Of a DNA stretch of 64,000 nt, positions 60,611-64,000 are shown one piece after another (positions within the stretch are counted from its first letter, which is position 1; each line of letters starts with the position of its first letter). The position numbers were made by a program, and so were the translations under genes. The stretch comes from a bacterium (GTDB lineage: Bacteria > Patescibacteriota > Patescibacteriia > Patescibacteriales > JAKAJF01): the NCBI GenBank assembly GCA_021788015.1, contig JAJYLD010000001.1, positions 81,581 through 145,580 on the forward strand. The letters are read 5' to 3'. The notes under the pieces are model-generated. The model worked only from the letters and a program-made list of their open reading frames with translations, searched no databases and was not told the DNA's origin.

Positions 60611-61906
60611 ATGTCAAAAAGCCGATTTAACAAATATTCTCCCTTGGCCGACAGGATGAGGCCGAAATCGCTTGATGAATTTTTGGGACAAGAAGAGATT
60701 GTAGGAAAGAACTCTTTATTAAGAAAAGCGATCGAAAGCGACAATCTGCCATCGATGATTTTTTGGGGTCCGCCCGGAAGCGGCAAGACGACCCTCGCGT
60801 TTATCATCGCGAAGATGACGAAATCGGATTTTATTCAGATGAGTGCCGTTACGAGCGGAGTGGATGAATTGCGAAAAACGATTAAACGGGCCGAGGAAAA
60901 TAAAAGACTGGAAATCGAAACCATTCTTTTTATAGACGAGATTCATCGTTGGAACAAGGCGCAGCAAGATGCCCTTTTGCCGCATGTCGAGCGGGGGACG
61001 ATTATTTTGATCGGCGCGACAACGGAAAATCCGAGTTTCGAAGTGCGAGCGGCCTTGCTTTCAAGATGCCGCGTTTTTGTTTTAAGGCAGCTTGACGCGA
61101 ATCAAATCGCGGAAATCATCAAGCGAGCCCTCGCGGACAAAGAGAACGGCTTTGGAAGGATGTACGCCCAAGGCGGATCCGCCTCTGGCGGAAAAATAAA
61201 AATCAATGCCAAAACGATTGACGCGCTCGCGAGCATGAGTAACGGCGACGCCCGCGTGGCTTTGAATGTTTTGGAATACGCGGTAACCTCACTCCCGGCT
61301 CCTCTCCTAATTAGGAAAGGGGAGAAAGGGGTGAGGATATCTACCGACCTTATTAAAGAGGCTTTTCAAAAATCATATTTGTTTTACGATAAAGACGGCG
61401 AAGAACATTACAATATCATTTCAGCTTTGCATAAGTCCATGCGCGGATCGGACCCCGACGCGGCTTTGTATTGGCTCGCGCGTATGCTCGAGGCCGGTGA
61501 AGATCCTCTGTACGTCGCGAGGAGAATCGTGCGTTTCGCTTCCGAAGATATCGGACTCGCGAATTCGCTCGCGTTGAATCAAGCCATTGCCGCATATCAA
61601 GCCTGTCATTTCATCGGCATGCCCGAATGCAACGTGATTTTGGCGCAAGCGGTCGTATATATGGCGAGATGTAAAAAATCAAATGATTTGTACGTTGCCT
61701 ACGGCAAAGCGGCGAAAGACGTTCGTGATTACGGCAATTTGCCCGTGCCTTTGCATATTCGCAACGCGCCGACGAAACTGATGAAAGAGCTCGGATACGG
61801 GAAAGATTATAAGTACAGCCCGAATTTCGGATATGAAGAAAAGCAAGAGTATCTGCCGGAGAAGTTGAAGGGAAGAAAATATTTGAAAGAAAATAGAAAA
61901 AATTAA
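60611..61906 (+). CDS. rarA: replication-associated recombination protein A (AAA+ ATPase)
   Basis: PLADRMRP, Walker [52 protein letters not shown]. Confidence 0.92.
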   Translation: MSKSRFNKYSPLADRMRPKSLDEFLGQEEIVGKNSLLRKAIESDNLPSMIFWGPPGSGKTTLAFIIAKMTKSDFIQMSAVTSGVDELRKTIKRAEENKRLEIETILFIDEIHRWNKAQQDALLPHVERGTIILIGATTENPSFEVRAALLSRCRVFVLRQLDANQIAEIIKRALADKENGFGRMYAQGGSASGGKIKINAKTIDALASMSNGDARVALNVLEYAVTSLPAPLLIRKGEKGVRISTDLIKEAFQKSYLFYDKDGEEHYNIISALHKSMRGSDPDAALYWLARMLEAGEDPLYVARRIVRFASEDIGLANSLALNQAIAAYQACHFIGMPECNVILAQAVVYMARCKKSNDLYVAYGKAAKDVRDYGNLPVPLHIRNAPTKLMKELGYGKDYKYSPNFGYEEKQEYLPEKLKGRKYLKENRKN

Positions 61907-61919
61907 ATTTTTTAGTAAA

Positions 61920-62525
61920 ATGAAAAGATTATTTTTAACATCGATAAAAATCGATTTACTTGCCAGTTTAATTTCTAGCGATCCATGCCGATTAAAGGTT
62001 GTATTTATTCCAACGGCTGCTGATCCTTATGAAGATAAATGGTTTGTTGAAGCTGATCGAAAAAAATTAAATGAACTGGGTTTTAAATTTATCGAATTAG
62101 ACCTAAAGGATAAAACAAAGGAAAACCTTGAACTTATATTGCAGGATGCAAATATTTTGTATGTAGCTGGCGGTAATAGTTTCTATTTATTGCAAAAAAT
62201 GAGAGAGAGTGGTTTGGATAAAATACTTCCCGATTTGGTGGATAATGGCCTTTTGTACTCAGGATCAAGCGCGGGAGCAGTAGTGACCGGACCGACAATT
62301 GAACCCGTAAGTTTATTAGATGATCCTTTAAAAGCGCCTGAACTAAAATCTTTTGACGGATTAAATCTGGTAAATTTTTTGGTATTGCCGCACTATGGAA
62401 ATAAGAAATACAGTGAAAAACATCAAAATATAATAAAGAATTATTCAAACAAGGGGTTTGATTTAGTGCCAATTACCGATGAACAGTCTATTATTGCAGA
62501 AGGTGATAATTATAAAATAGTTTAA
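61920..62525 (+). CDS. peptidase S51 (dipeptidase E-like)
   Basis: YVAGGNSFYLL...YSGSSAGAVV nucleophile Ser context. Confidence 0.8.
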   Translation: MKRLFLTSIKIDLLASLISSDPCRLKVVFIPTAADPYEDKWFVEADRKKLNELGFKFIELDLKDKTKENLELILQDANILYVAGGNSFYLLQKMRESGLDKILPDLVDNGLLYSGSSAGAVVTGPTIEPVSLLDDPLKAPELKSFDGLNLVNFLVLPHYGNKKYSEKHQNIIKNYSNKGFDLVPITDEQSIIAEGDNYKIV

Positions 62526-62648
62526 TAGTTTCCATCGGCTTTATAATCTCGTTAGCAAGCTGCGATCCGCAGTTTGCAATATGACTCCACGCAAAGTATG
62601 GAGCCAGCAATGGAAAGAAGTATCTATAATAAAGAAAAACGTAAAATT

Positions 62649-62957
62649 ATGAAATCTATAATTATTTATGTGACGCATAAAAATTTAAAGGAAGCCAAAA
62701 AGATTGGTTCCTATTTGCTGCAAAAAGGATTGATCGCCTGCGCGAATTATTTTCCGATTGAAAGCGCTTCGAGATGGACCGGTAAAATCGTGACCGTTAA
62801 AGAAGCCGTTTCCGTATTAAAAACAAGCAAAAAAAACTGGCATAAAGTGGAAAAAGAAATAGAAAAAATTCATCCGTATAAAGTGCCATGCATAATGAAA
62901 ATCGAAGTGGAGGCAAATAAGAGTTACGCGAAATGGATTCAAAAAGAAACAATATAA
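62649..62957 (+). CDS. cutA: divalent-cation tolerance protein CutA
   Basis: LIACANY.PIES..RW.GKI...E...LKT....W..VE..I...HPY.VPCI pattern; start trimmed to MKSIIIY. Confidence 0.8.
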   Translation: MKSIIIYVTHKNLKEAKKIGSYLLQKGLIACANYFPIESASRWTGKIVTVKEAVSVLKTSKKNWHKVEKEIEKIHPYKVPCIMKIEVEANKSYAKWIQKETI

Positions 62958-63060
62958 AGAAATTTGAGACCTTTGAGATCTTTGGGGCCTCTTGAGATTT
63001 TTGGGATTAGAATTTCAACGATCCCGAGTATCCTAAAAATCTCAATTGTCTCATCAAAAT

Positions 63061-64000
63061 ATGGACTACAACAAAAAAGCAATTGAATTGCACAAGAAAC
63101 ACAAAGGAAAATTTTCCGTCGCTTCAAAGGTGGCTTTAAAAACGCGTGACGATCTTTCGATCGCTTACACTCCGGGCGTGGCGGCGGTTTGCACTGAAAT
63201 TGCAAAAAATAAAAAACTTTCCTGGGAATTGACCAATCGTTCCAATATGGTCGCGATCGTAACGGACGGAACGGCGATTTTGGGATTGGGCGATATTGGG
63301 CCGGAAGCGGGTATGCCGGTTATGGAAGGGAAAGCGATTATTTTTAAAGAGTTCGCCGGAGTCGACGCCGTACCCTTGTGCATTAAAACGAAAGACGTCG
63401 ATGAAATCGTGAATTTCTGCAAAATGATCGAGCCGAGTTTCGGCGGTGTTAACCTTGAAGACATTTCCGCGCCGAGATGCTTTGAAGTCGTGAAGCGTCT
63501 TGAAAGAGAATTGAATATTCCGGTTTTTCATGACGATCAGGACGGGACGGCCATAGTGGTTTTGGCCGCTCTTATCAACGCTTGCCGCGTAACCGGAAAA
63601 GTGATGCGGAAATTAAAAGTCGTGATTAACGGGTCCGGAGCGGCCGGAATCGCAATCGCGCGTCTGCTTATGAGTCAGGGTGTTCGCGATTTGATTTTAA
63701 TCGACAGAATCGGAACGATTTATCCCGGTCGGAAAGATTTAAATCCGATCAAAAAAGAAATAGCCGAAAAGACGAACAAGAGAAAAGTAAAAGGCAGACT
63801 TGAAGAAGCTTTGTCCGGAGCGGATGTGTTTATCGGAGTTTCGGTCGGTAACATCGTTACGTCCGAAATGATAAAATCGATGACTAAGGATGCGATCGTT
63901 TTCGCCATGGCCAATCCGATCCCCGAAATCATGCCCGGCATCGCCTTGAAAGCCGGAGCGGGCGTAGTCGGAACGGGCAGATCGGATTTTCCGAATCAAA
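63061..64000 (+). CDS. NAD(P)-dependent malic enzyme, 3'-truncated by window edge (absent from ORF track)
   Basis: Hand translation from the ATG at 63061 is open to the window end: DLSIAYTPGVAAVC, VTDGTAILGLGDIGP, FGGVNLEDISAPRCF, VFHDDQDGTAIV, INGSGAAGIA. Confidence 0.9.
   Translation, partial: MDYNKKAIELHKKHKGKFSVASKVALKTRDDLSIAYTPGVAAVCTEIAKNKKLSWELTNRSNMVAIVTDGTAILGLGDIGPEAGMPVMEGKAIIFKEFAGVDAVPLCIKTKDVDEIVNFCKMIEPSFGGVNLEDISAPRCFEVVKRLERELNIPVFHDDQDGTAIVVLAALINACRVTGKVMRKLKVVINGSGAAGIAIARLLMSQGVRDLILIDRIGTIYPGRKDLNPIKKEIAEKTNKRKVKGRLEEALSGADVFIGVSVGNIVTSEMIKSMTKDAIVFAMANPIPEIMPGIALKAGAGVVGTGRSDFPNQ

Noticed and set aside
61283-61345. Quasi-palindromic segment in rarA (cctcac...cctaattagg...ggtgagg, encoding [17 protein letters not shown]) as an inserted palindromic element.
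   Set aside because: The corresponding region of RarA homologues, as I recall E. coli RarA, is a variable linker of similar length, so no insertion is demonstrable. The arm pairing beyond the 10-bp cctaattagg core is poor.

Overview
Low-GC, gene-dense bacterial window that uses the standard genetic code: TAA, TAG and TGA all terminate well-supported ORFs. It holds compact housekeeping genes (dnaX, gyrB, prfA, prmC, rplY, rpmE, rpsB-tsf, gap, cca, murI, uppS, rarA, a malic enzyme running off the 3' edge). It also holds many small membrane or hypothetical proteins, a minimal two-subunit [NiFe] hydrogenase locus with maturation genes, and three tRNAs (Gln-CTG, Ala-CGC, Pro-CGG). No rRNA genes or CRISPR arrays were seen. 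The overall style suggests a Patescibacteria/CPR-like genome, but that is inference only. The outstanding region is about 35.2-53.9 kb, an integrative element of roughly 18.6 kb inserted beside tRNA-Ala. It carries a large serine recombinase whose ORF reads antisense through the tRNA, a minus-strand module of small DNA-binding/replication-like genes, and a 13.4 kb tightly packed plus-strand gene train. That train runs, in order: AAA(DUF4143-type) ATPase, DEDDh exonuclease, hsdM, an uncharacterised 516-aa gene wedged between hsdM and hsdS, hsdS (with a 12-bp tandem repeat in its central spacer region), hsdR, a ParB-fold protein translationally coupled to a Dam methylase, a second TspO paralog, a hyper-acidic 60-aa protein, and a multi-zinc-ribbon protein. 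The best candidates for undescribed systems are the hsdM-X-hsdS arrangement, the ParB-fold/Dam pair and the ATPase/exonuclease pair. Outside the island the host DNA shows structure that gene annotation does not explain. There are many roughly 35-nt tracts of five degenerate heptanucleotide repeats at gene boundaries, and in frame inside prmC and cca. A GGCTCC-stem hairpin family and shared mosaic modules separate four small accessory genes downstream of gyrB. Two copies of a 130-160 bp dispersed repeat supply the C-termini of ORFs. A four-helix-bundle gene flanked by inverted repeats splits the hydrogenase small and large subunit genes. All functional calls come from motif recognition by eye; no database search was possible.
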